A DNA stretch of 64,000 bases from a virus, in the IMG/VR virus record IMGVR_UViG_3300034198_008895, positions 99,395 through 163,394 of that record; one strand, written 5' to 3'. The notes below the pieces were generated by a model. That model was given only the letters and a program-made list of their open reading frames with translations, made no database searches and was not told where the DNA came from. A program made the translations under genes and the position numbers. The stretch's first letter is position 1. Each line of letters begins with the position of its first letter. Of the stretch, positions 46,783-56,859 are shown piece by piece.

Positions 46783-47688
46783 TTACTTATTAACTACATA
46801 AGTTTTCAATATCTTACCTTCAACTCCGGCATTAATGATCATGCTATTGATCCAGATTTTTAAACCAGAACTATATTTTCTAACGTGACCACGACGTAAA
46901 TGTTCTCTTGGTGCAGATCTATCAGACCCAAGTGTGGTTACGTTAGAACTATCACTGTTTGGTTTTCCACCAACTAAGACAGTTAAGAACCTATAACTAT
47001 CAAAAGGTAAATTACCCTTTTTTGTCTTAGCCTTAGGTTTCTTCAAAGAAGACACCCTCTCAGAGAAACCGACATTACTACAGGATAATGCTTCTAAAAA
47101 TTCAAGAAGAGCCCTAACTTCATCATTGAGATCTAGTTGTGCTAATTTTTCCCACTCACCCGGACCAAGAGTTCTAAGAGCAACACCAGCCCCAATAGCT
47201 ACACAATCTGCCTTGATTCCTTTAGTGATATCTTCCTTAATAGTTATGTTTCGTTCAGAATTAATAGAAGCATAGTAAGGCATAAAAAACCATTTGTTTC
47301 CAGTCTCTGGTCGTTTATACTCAACTATGGAATACAAATTAATTACACCTTCGCGCTCTTCTGCGTAAATGATTCTTTTAGGTGCTGATTCTGATTCTTC
47401 CTTGGATAAGTATTGTTCAACAACACCGATATTATTCGATATCGATGTATATTCGATAACAATTTTTTCAAAAGGTAGTTTGAGTACATCCGGAATCGCT
47501 TCGAGTTTATCATCCAATATTCTGCCTGTATTAGGAATAATAAACTTTTGTGTATCTATGTCGATACATTCATCCATAACTCTTTGAAATTCCATCGACG
47601 CACGTGGGTCTTGATATCTCCACAGTTTGATTTGTGATTCGATATCTTTATAGGCCTGTCGTACAAAATTTAGTGGTTCTTGCATCAT
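46783..47688 (-). CDS. conserved-looking phage protein with C-terminal PREHLRRGHVR motif
   Basis: ATG at 47688 after AAGGAG; HxRRGHxR basic motif. Confidence 0.6.
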   Translation of the reverse strand: MMQEPLNFVRQAYKDIESQIKLWRYQDPRASMEFQRVMDECIDIDTQKFIIPNTGRILDDKLEAIPDVLKLPFEKIVIEYTSISNNIGVVEQYLSKEESESAPKRIIYAEEREGVINLYSIVEYKRPETGNKWFFMPYYASINSERNITIKEDITKGIKADCVAIGAGVALRTLGPGEWEKLAQLDLNDEVRALLEFLEALSCSNVGFSERVSSLKKPKAKTKKGNLPFDSYRFLTVLVGGKPNSDSSNVTTLGSDRSAPREHLRRGHVRKYSSGLKIWINSMIINAGVEGKILKTYVVNK

Positions 47689-47723
47689 ATACTCCTTTAT
47701 CATTGAAGATAGTTATGTTCAAT

Positions 47724-47753
47724 TATTATATATGTAGTTAAATAAATTTCAAA
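47724..47753 (-). promoter_or_regulatory. early-type phage promoter
   Basis: TATATATG at 47727-47734, TTCAAA at 47748-47753. Confidence 0.6.
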
Positions 47754-47782
47754 TCAGGATACTACGGCAAAACCGTAGTATC

Positions 47783-48145
47783 CTAGAAAAGTTCTGTTTC
47801 GCCTGCTCTATCATCACGACCATTTCTAACAAGTATTTCAAAATCTTCTTTAGACATAAGTTCATATCCTAAAGGAAGAGTTTGTCTAAAGATATCATCT
47901 ATTTTATCCACAAATAAACCAAATATTTCTTTAGCATCAATTAACACAATACTCTTTTTATTAACATCAAAATCATTGTTAACTTCAAAGACTGGTATTA
48001 ATAAGTCTTGATATCTAATAAGATAAACTGATTTACCTTCCTGATTAGGAAAGTGGGTTATCTCTGTATTATCTATGAGATGATAAACATCTGTTATTTT
48101 AATTGCTATTTTATTTTCTCTTATAGTAAAACATAAAAAATCCAT
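47783..48145 (-). CDS. CheW-like domain protein
   Basis: FLCFTI..KIAIKITDV..I, ITHFPN, IRYQDLLIPVFEV, IVLI..FGLFVDKIDDI follows the CheW consensus. Confidence 0.6.
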   Translation of the reverse strand: MDFLCFTIRENKIAIKITDVYHLIDNTEITHFPNQEGKSVYLIRYQDLLIPVFEVNNDFDVNKKSIVLIDAKEIFGLFVDKIDDIFRQTLPLGYELMSKEDFEILVRNGRDDRAGETELF

Positions 48146-48212
48146 ACATTCTCCCTAATTATAGCCAGTTTATTTAAAAATAGAACATACATCTGAGAGA
48201 CGATTAAGTCTC

Positions 48213-48770
48213 TCAGATGAAGTCAGCTATAGTCTTTTCTCGTATATCTAATCTATTAAAGTTTGGAACAGTCTTAGCACTCTCAAGAGTAGCTCTGAAA
48301 CCGCTGTAATCGCTCTTATAATAGAGAATGTTAGGCGACGTAGGTCTACCTACCACCGCGTAATATATCTCTTTAGTTTCCATTTTAACGACAAAGTAAA
48401 CTTCATCTGTTAATAATAAACCAGGATCTATATCATCTAATTCAATATAAGTAAAGACATTACCATACTGATATACAAAATCAATTTGTAAGTCTTTCTT
48501 AATCTTTCCAAGTTCCATAAGTTCATGGAGTCTAGCCGGTGATAAATAAGAACTATAACCATAACCTAAGTCATTTGTTCTGATAAGGTATAAATTACTC
48601 TTAGGAAGAAATTTAACAACTTCAAAATTAGCTTTACTTATTTTATCTATAAGACTAGGAATTGTAAATGTGTCTACAAGTCTTCCTACTTTGTAATGAT
48701 TGTGTGTTAGCATTCGAGAAAAGACATTCGCAATATGCTTATCTTTATCTAAATCTTCTTTTGTAAACAT
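48213..48770 (-). CDS. hypothetical protein
   Basis: 185-aa ORF. Confidence 0.5.
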   Translation of the reverse strand: MFTKEDLDKDKHIANVFSRMLTHNHYKVGRLVDTFTIPSLIDKISKANFEVVKFLPKSNLYLIRTNDLGYGYSSYLSPARLHELMELGKIKKDLQIDFVYQYGNVFTYIELDDIDPGLLLTDEVYFVVKMETKEIYYAVVGRPTSPNILYYKSDYSGFRATLESAKTVPNFNRLDIREKTIADFI

Positions 48771-48858
48771 AGGAAGTCATGTTCCTTATGATAGTTCATA
48801 CAATAAGACTTATAGTAGAAAAAAAAAAAGAACCTGGAGTTAACCAGGTTCTTCTTAC

Positions 48859-49152
48859 TTAACATGTTCCAGCGACAGTTTCAAACTGTTTGTTCTGGCT
48901 ATTCCAAACATTATTGGGAGCACCAAAATCCGGAATAGGAAAGACTAGAGTTTTATCTATCACTTGGAAAACAATACAGTCGTCTTTATCGACAACCCTA
49001 ATTTCATAAACTTTTTCGATGTTACCATAAACAACCTCTTCAAACTTTGCGGTTGAATTAACCACAATAGGATTGTCATAAGTACCATCTTTATTCATTA
49101 AATAGGCATACACTTCACCTATTTCTATCTCAGGATGTTGGTTAGTTTCCAA
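48859..49152 (-). CDS. hypothetical protein
   Basis: 97 aa, TTG start after GGGAG. Confidence 0.5.
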   Translation of the reverse strand: METNQHPEIEIGEVYAYLMNKDGTYDNPIVVNSTAKFEEVVYGNIEKVYEIRVVDKDDCIVFQVIDKTLVFPIPDFGAPNNVWNSQNKQFETVAGTC

Positions 49153-49164
49153 AACTTTCTCCTA

Positions 49165-50682
49165 TTACAATCCAGCGGATGTTTGTCTTAAAGCGATATT
49201 AGCTACTCGTGGTTTGAATAGTTCCATACGCTTAAAATGATATTCTCTTTGCTTATTTATATTCTGTGCATAAATATACACATACTTAACATCTCTATCA
49301 GCAAGCTTTCTTAAACGACCAAGAATTTGGATGTTTGTAGGAGCTGAAGATATAGAAACCGTGTTAATAGCTACTCGAAGTCGAGGAATATCCAAAGCTG
49401 TACCAGCGGAGATAGGTGTAGAAACAATGATGTCACCACCTAACATATCCTCATAAGAATCTTCTTCACAGTAACGTCTTATCTTAAACTCAGGATAGAA
49501 ACTACGGAATGCATCTGCCAATCGAGTAGCCAAAGCAACTGTTGAAACAAACACAATAATTTTATCTCTATCTTGATAATCGTCAATATAATAATCATCC
49601 ACATTAGCTTTGATCATTCGAATATAACGTTTAAGCAAGTCATTGTTTCGTATGATACTTTGTTCAAAGGCTGTGTGAGAGTAATTATTAGATCCATAGT
49701 TCTTTGTTTTAATGTGTCTTATATATGTCTCTGGAATAGTGTAAGATACCGCATACACGTCGGTATATCGATCAAGCTCACCACCAGAATAAACACACTT
49801 ATTCGGATAAACAACCTTATGCATGCGAGCTACTAGGTTGTCATCAGACATTAATGTTGCAGACAAACCAATCTGGAACTTAACGTTGGTATAAATAAGG
49901 ATCTTAAAGATAGCGTGATAATGCTGATGAGTTTCATCAACCAACATTACACCAATACCTAATAGAGGGAACAGTTCTATTGGAGCGCAACCATACATAT
50001 CAATACAAAGCTGAGGATCTTCCTCGTACTGATTAATATACTCCTGCATGGTTCTACTTGAGAATATATAGTAGTTATTTTCAAGAGAGTCTGTTTTTGC
50101 CATTTCAATGACAGCAGCTAACGCTTTAGACCCTTGAACAACCATTACGTCAGTCGTAGCGGCATCGTGAATAGTTGCTATATCGGATACCCACTTTTCA
50201 ATATAGGTCGGAAGAATAACAATACCAAGACGTTGATTAATCTGACCAATAGTGTAAAGAGCTGTGAAAGTTTTACCTTTACCTGTTTGAATAGGAACAA
50301 GCTTACTCTTTATTGGATTATCAAGTAGAAACTCTACTACAGGAATTTGATAATCTCTTAGCTCCCATTGACTTCGAACAGTGAAATCACCAGGAATAAT
50401 TTTATATTCTCTATTATCAATTTTCTCGGTAGGAATAAGTTTATAATGTAAATCTTCTAAATAGTGAAAGAGATGTATAAACTGATTAGCGTGAAACATA
50501 AAGACTGGTTTGTCTTTTATAATTCCACCGAATATTTTATCATCACCAGCAGAATTTTGACTAAAACCTTTTTGCTGTCTTTGTGTATAGTGTTTTAATA
50601 AAAAGCTTTTAATATGGGCAATAAGCACATAATCATCTGTCTGGAGTTCAACAGACAGATTATAAAAGGTTAGCTTGAGCAT
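49165..50682 (-). CDS. superfamily-2 (UvsW-like) helicase (phiKZ gp75-like)
   Basis: LRDYQ, QTGKGKT, VDETH, GLSAT, GTALDIP, QILGRLR. Confidence 0.9.
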   Translation of the reverse strand: MLKLTFYNLSVELQTDDYVLIAHIKSFLLKHYTQRQQKGFSQNSAGDDKIFGGIIKDKPVFMFHANQFIHLFHYLEDLHYKLIPTEKIDNREYKIIPGDFTVRSQWELRDYQIPVVEFLLDNPIKSKLVPIQTGKGKTFTALYTIGQINQRLGIVILPTYIEKWVSDIATIHDAATTDVMVVQGSKALAAVIEMAKTDSLENNYYIFSSRTMQEYINQYEEDPQLCIDMYGCAPIELFPLLGIGVMLVDETHQHYHAIFKILIYTNVKFQIGLSATLMSDDNLVARMHKVVYPNKCVYSGGELDRYTDVYAVSYTIPETYIRHIKTKNYGSNNYSHTAFEQSIIRNNDLLKRYIRMIKANVDDYYIDDYQDRDKIIVFVSTVALATRLADAFRSFYPEFKIRRYCEEDSYEDMLGGDIIVSTPISAGTALDIPRLRVAINTVSISSAPTNIQILGRLRKLADRDVKYVYIYAQNINKQREYHFKRMELFKPRVANIALRQTSAGL

Positions 50683-50763
50683 ACGCCAAATCCAAATATA
50701 AAATCAGCTTATTTAAATACCAGTAATAAATCACTTCGGACCTCATTGGACGATATGGTTACT

Positions 50764-50794
50764 TACTATATATGCTATTCAAATATCTTTCGAT
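50764..50794 (-). promoter_or_regulatory. early-type phage promoter
   Basis: TATATATG at 50767-50774. Confidence 0.55.
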
Positions 50795-50840
50795 GAAAAG
50801 AAAAAAAGAAAGCCAGGGGAGATTACTCTCCCCTGGTCTT

Positions 50841-52769
50841 CTACTTCACAATTGCTTGTGGTGTAAACAACACATCCATAGGGTGTCCCATACGGTTGAC
50901 GTTGCTAAACATAACTGATGCATTAGACATCAGTTCTTTAGACTGCTCTTCAAAGATCAACAACTGAGAAAGACTGCGATGCCTAAACAGCACAGACTTT
51001 TGTTCACAGTGCGGGTGCACTGAGTTACGACCCAGTCGATAGTTCTTGTTATAAGCATTATAAGTTGTCGTTGCATAGATCATGACCTGGAGAATCGAGA
51101 AGTTACACTTGAACTGATCGATGATATGCATAAACAAATTGTTAAGCTTTTCATAAGGGTCATCAACTTTATCTTTATTTGTTTCGATAATGCTGGTGAT
51201 CTTATTTACAAAGGAGATGATATTACCTTCCTTAAGCGGGTTATTAAATACGGCTAACTCTTTATTGAAAGCATCTAATGGAATAACAAAGTTACCACGG
51301 GCATCAGATTCTAACTTAGAGTTTTTGATATGTTCGAGCAAAGCTTTAGTAATGATCGAAGTACGATCACGATAAGAGATATCAATCGTTTCGACGATAG
51401 GAGTCTTATGCTTGGTATCCTTGATGATAATTTCTTCCAACTCACCAATCTTATTCAGTGCGATATTAGTGTGCTGGATATTCAATACGTCAATCAGTTT
51501 ACTCAAACGAGAGTTAGGCAATACCATCACCATACCTGTCAAATCAAGTTCTTTATTGAAGTAGATATTGTTTTCATCGTCAGTATAGAAATACTTGTTA
51601 GCATTGCCTTCAAGTTTAATTGCTGACTTCTTAACACTGTGCGTTAAGTGTTTAGTTGATAGAATAGTCTGTGTTGACTTCTCCATCAGGTATGACGTCA
51701 TGATATAGCCAAGGTTACTGTTCTCTTTGAAGTTCTCAGAGATCTTACCCAGACAAGTTGTACAGATTTCATGCGCAACTGTGTGACGACAACCTAATGC
51801 AGTTCTAAGCTTAATAACCGAACCAAGAAGATGTGACTCATTACCACGAAGCCAATCAACAGATCCATCTTCTTTAAGATAGTAAATACCCTTGAGATTA
51901 TCAAGGACTGATTGTGTAATAAACATATCCATGAATTCTGTACTACCGCAGTCACCATTGACAACATTGCGGACAGACATGGTTAACAACTGAATACGAC
52001 GCGATGCATACTCAGATGTCTTAATATGTGTATCATTAGCATTAAGAGACTTAGCAGCTGTACGAGACTCTGCCATAATCTCAAACAAGTTCCCCATACC
52101 ACGAATGAAACCATTAGTAATGGGTTGCTTGAACACTGTACGATCCAGATCAGTTACGAAACCACGAGGACCGATACATTGGTTAGCTTGGTTTTCATTA
52201 ATAGACTTGGAACGATAAGCTTTAACAAAACGATTGTCAGGATTCATCGTCTGCATTGCTTGCTTTGTCATTTTATAAGCACGATCAATGTGCTCTGGTG
52301 TAGGTTTCAGATTACTCTGAATATCATTGATTGTAGGATGTTTAATAACCTCAACAAAGTCAGTGGCGTCGATACCAGATACATACGGAGACACCATTGT
52401 TACAACTTCATTACGAATAAGGTTAACAATCTTCATCACCATACGCAACAAGTTTTCTTTGCTGGAATAAGAGTGTAAGTTGTTATACTCACAAATGTGT
52501 TTGAAGATAGTTTCTAATAAACGAATATGAGTATCAGCATTGTAATACTCATTGTTCATAATGTACTTGCAGTCACAAGTGCTAATGATCGGTGTGTTTG
52601 GAAATAGATGGAAAAGTTCCCAAGCATAACGATTAAACACTAACTGCTTTTTTGTTTGCTCAACTTCGACACCATCTTCATACACAACAAGAAATGGAAC
52701 TTCCGGAAGATTCCAGATGTCCATCCTTGGAATGCTGAATAGGTTTCTGACTAACGTTTTTTCTGTCAT
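50841..52769 (-). CDS. non-virion RNA polymerase beta' subunit, C-terminal part (phiKZ gp74-like)
   Basis: QCIGPRGF, ESRTAAKSL..SEYASRRIQL bridge helix, DCGS, LRTALGC..ICTTC, TQTILSTKH. Confidence 0.85.
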   Translation of the reverse strand: MTEKTLVRNLFSIPRMDIWNLPEVPFLVVYEDGVEVEQTKKQLVFNRYAWELFHLFPNTPIISTCDCKYIMNNEYYNADTHIRLLETIFKHICEYNNLHSYSSKENLLRMVMKIVNLIRNEVVTMVSPYVSGIDATDFVEVIKHPTINDIQSNLKPTPEHIDRAYKMTKQAMQTMNPDNRFVKAYRSKSINENQANQCIGPRGFVTDLDRTVFKQPITNGFIRGMGNLFEIMAESRTAAKSLNANDTHIKTSEYASRRIQLLTMSVRNVVNGDCGSTEFMDMFITQSVLDNLKGIYYLKEDGSVDWLRGNESHLLGSVIKLRTALGCRHTVAHEICTTCLGKISENFKENSNLGYIMTSYLMEKSTQTILSTKHLTHSVKKSAIKLEGNANKYFYTDDENNIYFNKELDLTGMVMVLPNSRLSKLIDVLNIQHTNIALNKIGELEEIIIKDTKHKTPIVETIDISYRDRTSIITKALLEHIKNSKLESDARGNFVIPLDAFNKELAVFNNPLKEGNIISFVNKITSIIETNKDKVDDPYEKLNNLFMHIIDQFKCNFSILQVMIYATTTYNAYNKNYRLGRNSVHPHCEQKSVLFRHRSLSQLLIFEEQSKELMSNASVMFSNVNRMGHPMDVLFTPQAIVK

Positions 52770-52771
52770 TC

Positions 52772-54838
52772 TTATTCCTCGAAGCCTAACTCAATACCAT
52801 TGGCATTAAAGATATGTTGCAAGATTGCCAATGATTTTGTGTTACCGTATTCAACAATGGAGCGATCGATGTTAAAGCTTGGATCAAACGCTTGAGGACT
52901 TTCAAGAATGTGCTTGATCAAGAACTTATGAGATAGTGGATTCAAATTGATATCGAACATATCTGCAACCATCTCTGGGTTAGCCAGAGCTGCTTCGATT
53001 CGAACCTCGGTTTCACCCATGGTCTTAGTCGGAGTCAGAGAGTGCGGATACTTGAACTTATCGTAGTTGGTTCCTTTGATCGGGAAACCAAAATTGTTCA
53101 CCTTACTGGAGCTAACGGCAGAATACGAATTACCGATCTTTTCCAGCAACATGAAATATAGCTGACCAACACGAATGTTTTCAACAGTTTCAACTGTTCT
53201 TCCGAGTTCATCAACATAAGTAACTTTGTCATTCAGAGGTTTATACTCTGTCTGCTCAATATTATCAATCACATCTGTGATGTTGTATTCGTTGTCAGTT
53301 GGATAAAAGATCTGAAGATGTTTAGTTGCAACTTCAACCAAGAGGTTATGAAGAGACTCTTGATCAAGGCTATCAATAAACTCAACCATGTCAGGATTGA
53401 TTAGCGCATACAAACCACGCATATAGGTATAGAAGTATTGCAGATCTTCTTTAGTAACTTTATGCAAGAAGTCTTTACCATGTTTGCATGTAAAGAACGA
53501 AATCAACCGTTGACGATTGTCTCGACTAAGTGCACCAAGATAAGCTTCATAAGCACGACCCAAGTTCATACGAGAAATGGTTGCCGCGCTATCTGTAATG
53601 ATTTCAACGCGATTACCATTCTTATCGATAGGCATCATTTCGTCAGGAAGGATCTTACAGATAACACCCTTAGCAGCATGGATGTCAGTCAGCTTGAAAC
53701 CTTCTTTAGGTTCAATCGTAGAGATCGTTGTAATCTCGATACGATATTGATCAATAGGAAGCTTGCGATAGCAAAGCTTATTCTTATTGGAAGTGACTGA
53801 GTTGATTTTGATCTCACAGTCAGAAATGAAACGATGGAGACGTGGAGTAATACGAACTGCGTCAGTCGTACCATACATCGTCTTCTTTTCATTGAGAAGC
53901 TGATAGAACTTATTAACCACATTGGTGTAATAGTTGATAAGCATTGCTGCGTATTCATCAAGCTGTTGAGTCATCTTACTACTAAACTCTTGCTTGTTAT
54001 AGTTACCACGAATAATCTTGATGTCGAGAACCTTAGAGTTCGGATTGACATAGATGAGGTTATCGAACGTGATATCAACTTCAGAGATGTTGGTGTCATT
54101 CAAATCAGATACGCTGAACCAGTCATTGCGATCACGAAGGGCACACAACAGACCATCTTCACGAACACGTTCACCGATGTTAGGTAAGAACTTGAATATT
54201 TCTTTATTACCATAGAGGTTAACTGGTAACGTATCTTTGGTAATATTGATAACGCGCTTAACGATCGAATTAAACTTAGCGCGTTTAACAAAGCTTTCAG
54301 AAACCACAAAGCCGTCTTCAGATACAGATGGATGTGACATGAACGCCATGTTAACATTAAGACCATAATTGTAAGCACCTTCCTCACCATAACTATCAGT
54401 CTTGGCAAGAATAGTACCTTTAGGAATAACGGAGTTAAAGGAGAGACCCGTCATTGCCTCTGTCGGTTTCAAACGGTAACCGAAGAAAGTGTGCGATGTC
54501 TTAAATGTGTCGACATCGATGAAGTCAATAAAGATCTGACCATTCTCTTCATACTCAGCCAAGATAGTGTATGTAGGAACATCACCACCAGCGGCTTCAC
54601 GATAACGAGGAACGATAGCTTTGATAACATAATCGTGATCAGCTCGTACATCATTGATGTACTTACCGAGTTCATATTCAATACCAGACTTAACAACCTT
54701 TTCATCGGGAGTCAAGAGCGGCAGGTGTGCAGAAAAGTGACTGAAGTCCATAACTGCACGTGGACTGGATGTATTAGCAATAAATGAATTAATAGCCGCA
54801 GTTCCTACGAACTCTGGCTTGATCTCGGTTTTTCCCAT
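52772..54838 (-). CDS. non-virion RNA polymerase beta subunit, C-terminal part (phiKZ gp71-73-like)
   Basis: SSPRAVM, SEDGFVVSES, GFKLTDIHAAKGVI, SRMNLG, YFMLLEK, MGETEVR. Confidence 0.88.
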   Translation of the reverse strand: MGKTEIKPEFVGTAAINSFIANTSSPRAVMDFSHFSAHLPLLTPDEKVVKSGIEYELGKYINDVRADHDYVIKAIVPRYREAAGGDVPTYTILAEYEENGQIFIDFIDVDTFKTSHTFFGYRLKPTEAMTGLSFNSVIPKGTILAKTDSYGEEGAYNYGLNVNMAFMSHPSVSEDGFVVSESFVKRAKFNSIVKRVINITKDTLPVNLYGNKEIFKFLPNIGERVREDGLLCALRDRNDWFSVSDLNDTNISEVDITFDNLIYVNPNSKVLDIKIIRGNYNKQEFSSKMTQQLDEYAAMLINYYTNVVNKFYQLLNEKKTMYGTTDAVRITPRLHRFISDCEIKINSVTSNKNKLCYRKLPIDQYRIEITTISTIEPKEGFKLTDIHAAKGVICKILPDEMMPIDKNGNRVEIITDSAATISRMNLGRAYEAYLGALSRDNRQRLISFFTCKHGKDFLHKVTKEDLQYFYTYMRGLYALINPDMVEFIDSLDQESLHNLLVEVATKHLQIFYPTDNEYNITDVIDNIEQTEYKPLNDKVTYVDELGRTVETVENIRVGQLYFMLLEKIGNSYSAVSSSKVNNFGFPIKGTNYDKFKYPHSLTPTKTMGETEVRIEAALANPEMVADMFDINLNPLSHKFLIKHILESPQAFDPSFNIDRSIVEYGNTKSLAILQHIFNANGIELGFEE

Positions 54839-54902
54839 CCATATCTCCTTTTTGAATCAGCCGATTGATTACAAAATTAAAAAACTAATCTCTATACACA
54901 CA

Positions 54903-54932
54903 TACTATATATGATATTAATATTTCTTCCGA
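54903..54932 (-). promoter_or_regulatory. early-type phage promoter upstream of nvRNAP beta/beta'
   Basis: TATATATG at 54906-54913. Confidence 0.55.
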
Positions 54933-54969
54933 AGTAGTTATGATTTGACTAACGATGAGGAACACTCAC

Positions 54970-55266
54970 ATGCTAGAAACATTACAAGTAAATGATTACA
55001 AATTTCCCAATTTTGTTAATCTAAACGACAATCTACTATATTTGGATTTTATTGATTTATCGTATAATTTTAATGAAGTTTCGGTTCTTCCTGATGTTGC
55101 TTTAAGATATAAAGGAAACCTGTTTGGTCTATTTAACGAGATGGGTGTTTCTACTAATCTTTATGTTTTTATGATGTACATCAATGGTTATGTATCTCCT
55201 ACAGACTTTGATGGTAAAAGATACGTATTTAAACAAGCTATTAAACCACAAGTACCTATTAGTTAA
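54970..55266 (+). CDS. small hypothetical protein
   Basis: GAGG RBS; YKGNLFGLF..MYING..SP.DF motif. Confidence 0.55.
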   Translation: MLETLQVNDYKFPNFVNLNDNLLYLDFIDLSYNFNEVSVLPDVALRYKGNLFGLFNEMGVSTNLYVFMMYINGYVSPTDFDGKRYVFKQAIKPQVPIS

Positions 55267-55314
55267 CAAAAAAAGAATACACCAGAGGGAGAACCCTCTG
55301 GTGTTTCTTATTAC

Positions 55315-56850
55315 TTACCGTCCACTGAACATTGGATTAGGTGTAATACCACCACCACCCATTTGCATTCCCATTCCAGTGTCCATCGTCATACCACCAT
55401 GCATAGGCATCATAGTAGTCATGGGCATCATAGTAGCCATTTGCATAGGCATCATACCACCATGCATCGGCATTTGATTAGCCATGGGGATCATGTTACC
55501 CTGCATAGGTACCTGATAAGGAACCCAACCGGTAGGTGTTTGCATCATAGGTCCTTGTGGCGTCATAACAACACCAGGAGGCAATTGCGTGCCCTGAGGC
55601 ATATTAGCACGCATAGTTTCTTGAACAGCCCAAGATGGTAACTGGAACTGTTGCTGTTGTGGCATATTCATTCCAGGAATCATACCAGGTATCATGGCTG
55701 GAGCCATACCAGGCATCATACTTACAGGAGAATTCGGCATCGTCAAGTTACCCTTGATAATGTCTTCAGCAGACAAGGCTTGGGGTTGTTGAGGTTGCTG
55801 AACTTGCATCTGAGTCTGAACAGGTGGCTGAAACTGTTGTTGCTGAACCTGTGGAACAAACTCAGTCCTGGAAGGAACGGATTGTGATGCTTCTGCAATT
55901 GCTGCGCGACTTTCATCAATATGCAGTTTATGATTTTGAGATTCAATAGCGATATCCAGTTGATTGGGAATCAACCGAATCTCAGTTGCCATACCATACA
56001 GATCTTCCAGAGTTTTAACCCATTCAAGATCAGAATAGCAGTCCACCAGTTTCAGTGTAGGCTCTTTGAGTTCTTCCAGCAGATCACACAGTTCATTCAG
56101 TCGATCAGAAATCATGAAGCTGGTTTTAAGCAGGATATTCATATAACGGAATACCTTATTATCGGTACCTTCCGTGTATTTTACCTTGTCTGTAAAGTCA
56201 GGGAACAAGATGTTAAAGATGTTCGACAAAGCCAACAGATCTTTCTTCCGAAGCTTATAGCCAAACACCTTATATTCACGATCCTTTTCTTCCAGAGACT
56301 TAGCAATTTCATTAGCCGCGATGAAGTTGATTTTACCAATAGCACCGTACGGCGTGTCATTGATTTCACCATTCTTCTTGAGAAAGATATCGAACAAGAA
56401 AGCTTCAGAATTAATCTTCTTGCTCGCCCGCATTGTATGTGCAAAGTTCTCGATGAGAACCATGTCTGTCTCACCGATATTGCTGATAATATTGATCAGC
56501 TTGCTTGACTTGATCTTCTGCTGCATTTGGACATCAGAAGCAATCGTCATCAAGTTGATGATCATATAGCTAAGCTTGAGATTGAGTTCAAGTACAAGCC
56601 GTTTCTTATAGAAGTTAAAGACCGTATTTTCCGGACTTGTATAGTTCTCATTGAGCGGGTGGAAGACCAAACGCCCTTCAGGATTCTTCAGATTGTCGAA
56701 ATAGGGAAGCGTAAGACTCTTCCCGTCAATCGTAATAGGACCCAGGTCATGATTGATATTTTTGATAATTGCTTCGTCATAGGTCAATCCTGCGTATGTC
56801 AACATAGACAGGTAGAATTTTTCCATGACAGGGTGAAGTTGATGATTCAT
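55315..56850 (-). CDS. phiKZ gp70-position core protein with Q/P/M/G-rich disordered C-terminus
   Basis: FHPLNEN motif; synteny between gp69-like and nvRNAP beta; ~190-aa low-complexity tail. Confidence 0.6.
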   Translation of the reverse strand: MNHQLHPVMEKFYLSMLTYAGLTYDEAIIKNINHDLGPITIDGKSLTLPYFDNLKNPEGRLVFHPLNENYTSPENTVFNFYKKRLVLELNLKLSYMIINLMTIASDVQMQQKIKSSKLINIISNIGETDMVLIENFAHTMRASKKINSEAFLFDIFLKKNGEINDTPYGAIGKINFIAANEIAKSLEEKDREYKVFGYKLRKKDLLALSNIFNILFPDFTDKVKYTEGTDNKVFRYMNILLKTSFMISDRLNELCDLLEELKEPTLKLVDCYSDLEWVKTLEDLYGMATEIRLIPNQLDIAIESQNHKLHIDESRAAIAEASQSVPSRTEFVPQVQQQQFQPPVQTQMQVQQPQQPQALSAEDIIKGNLTMPNSPVSMMPGMAPAMIPGMIPGMNMPQQQQFQLPSWAVQETMRANMPQGTQLPPGVVMTPQGPMMQTPTGWVPYQVPMQGNMIPMANQMPMHGGMMPMQMATMMPMTTMMPMHGGMTMDTGMGMQMGGGGITPNPMFSGR

Positions 56851-56859
56851 GATCCCCTC

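Noticed and set aside
50841-54838. Introns or inteins in the RNAP genes (also checked DNA polymerase and helicases)
   Set aside because: ORFs are continuous and of ordinary size, with no intein (C...HN) or homing-endonuclease motifs noticed
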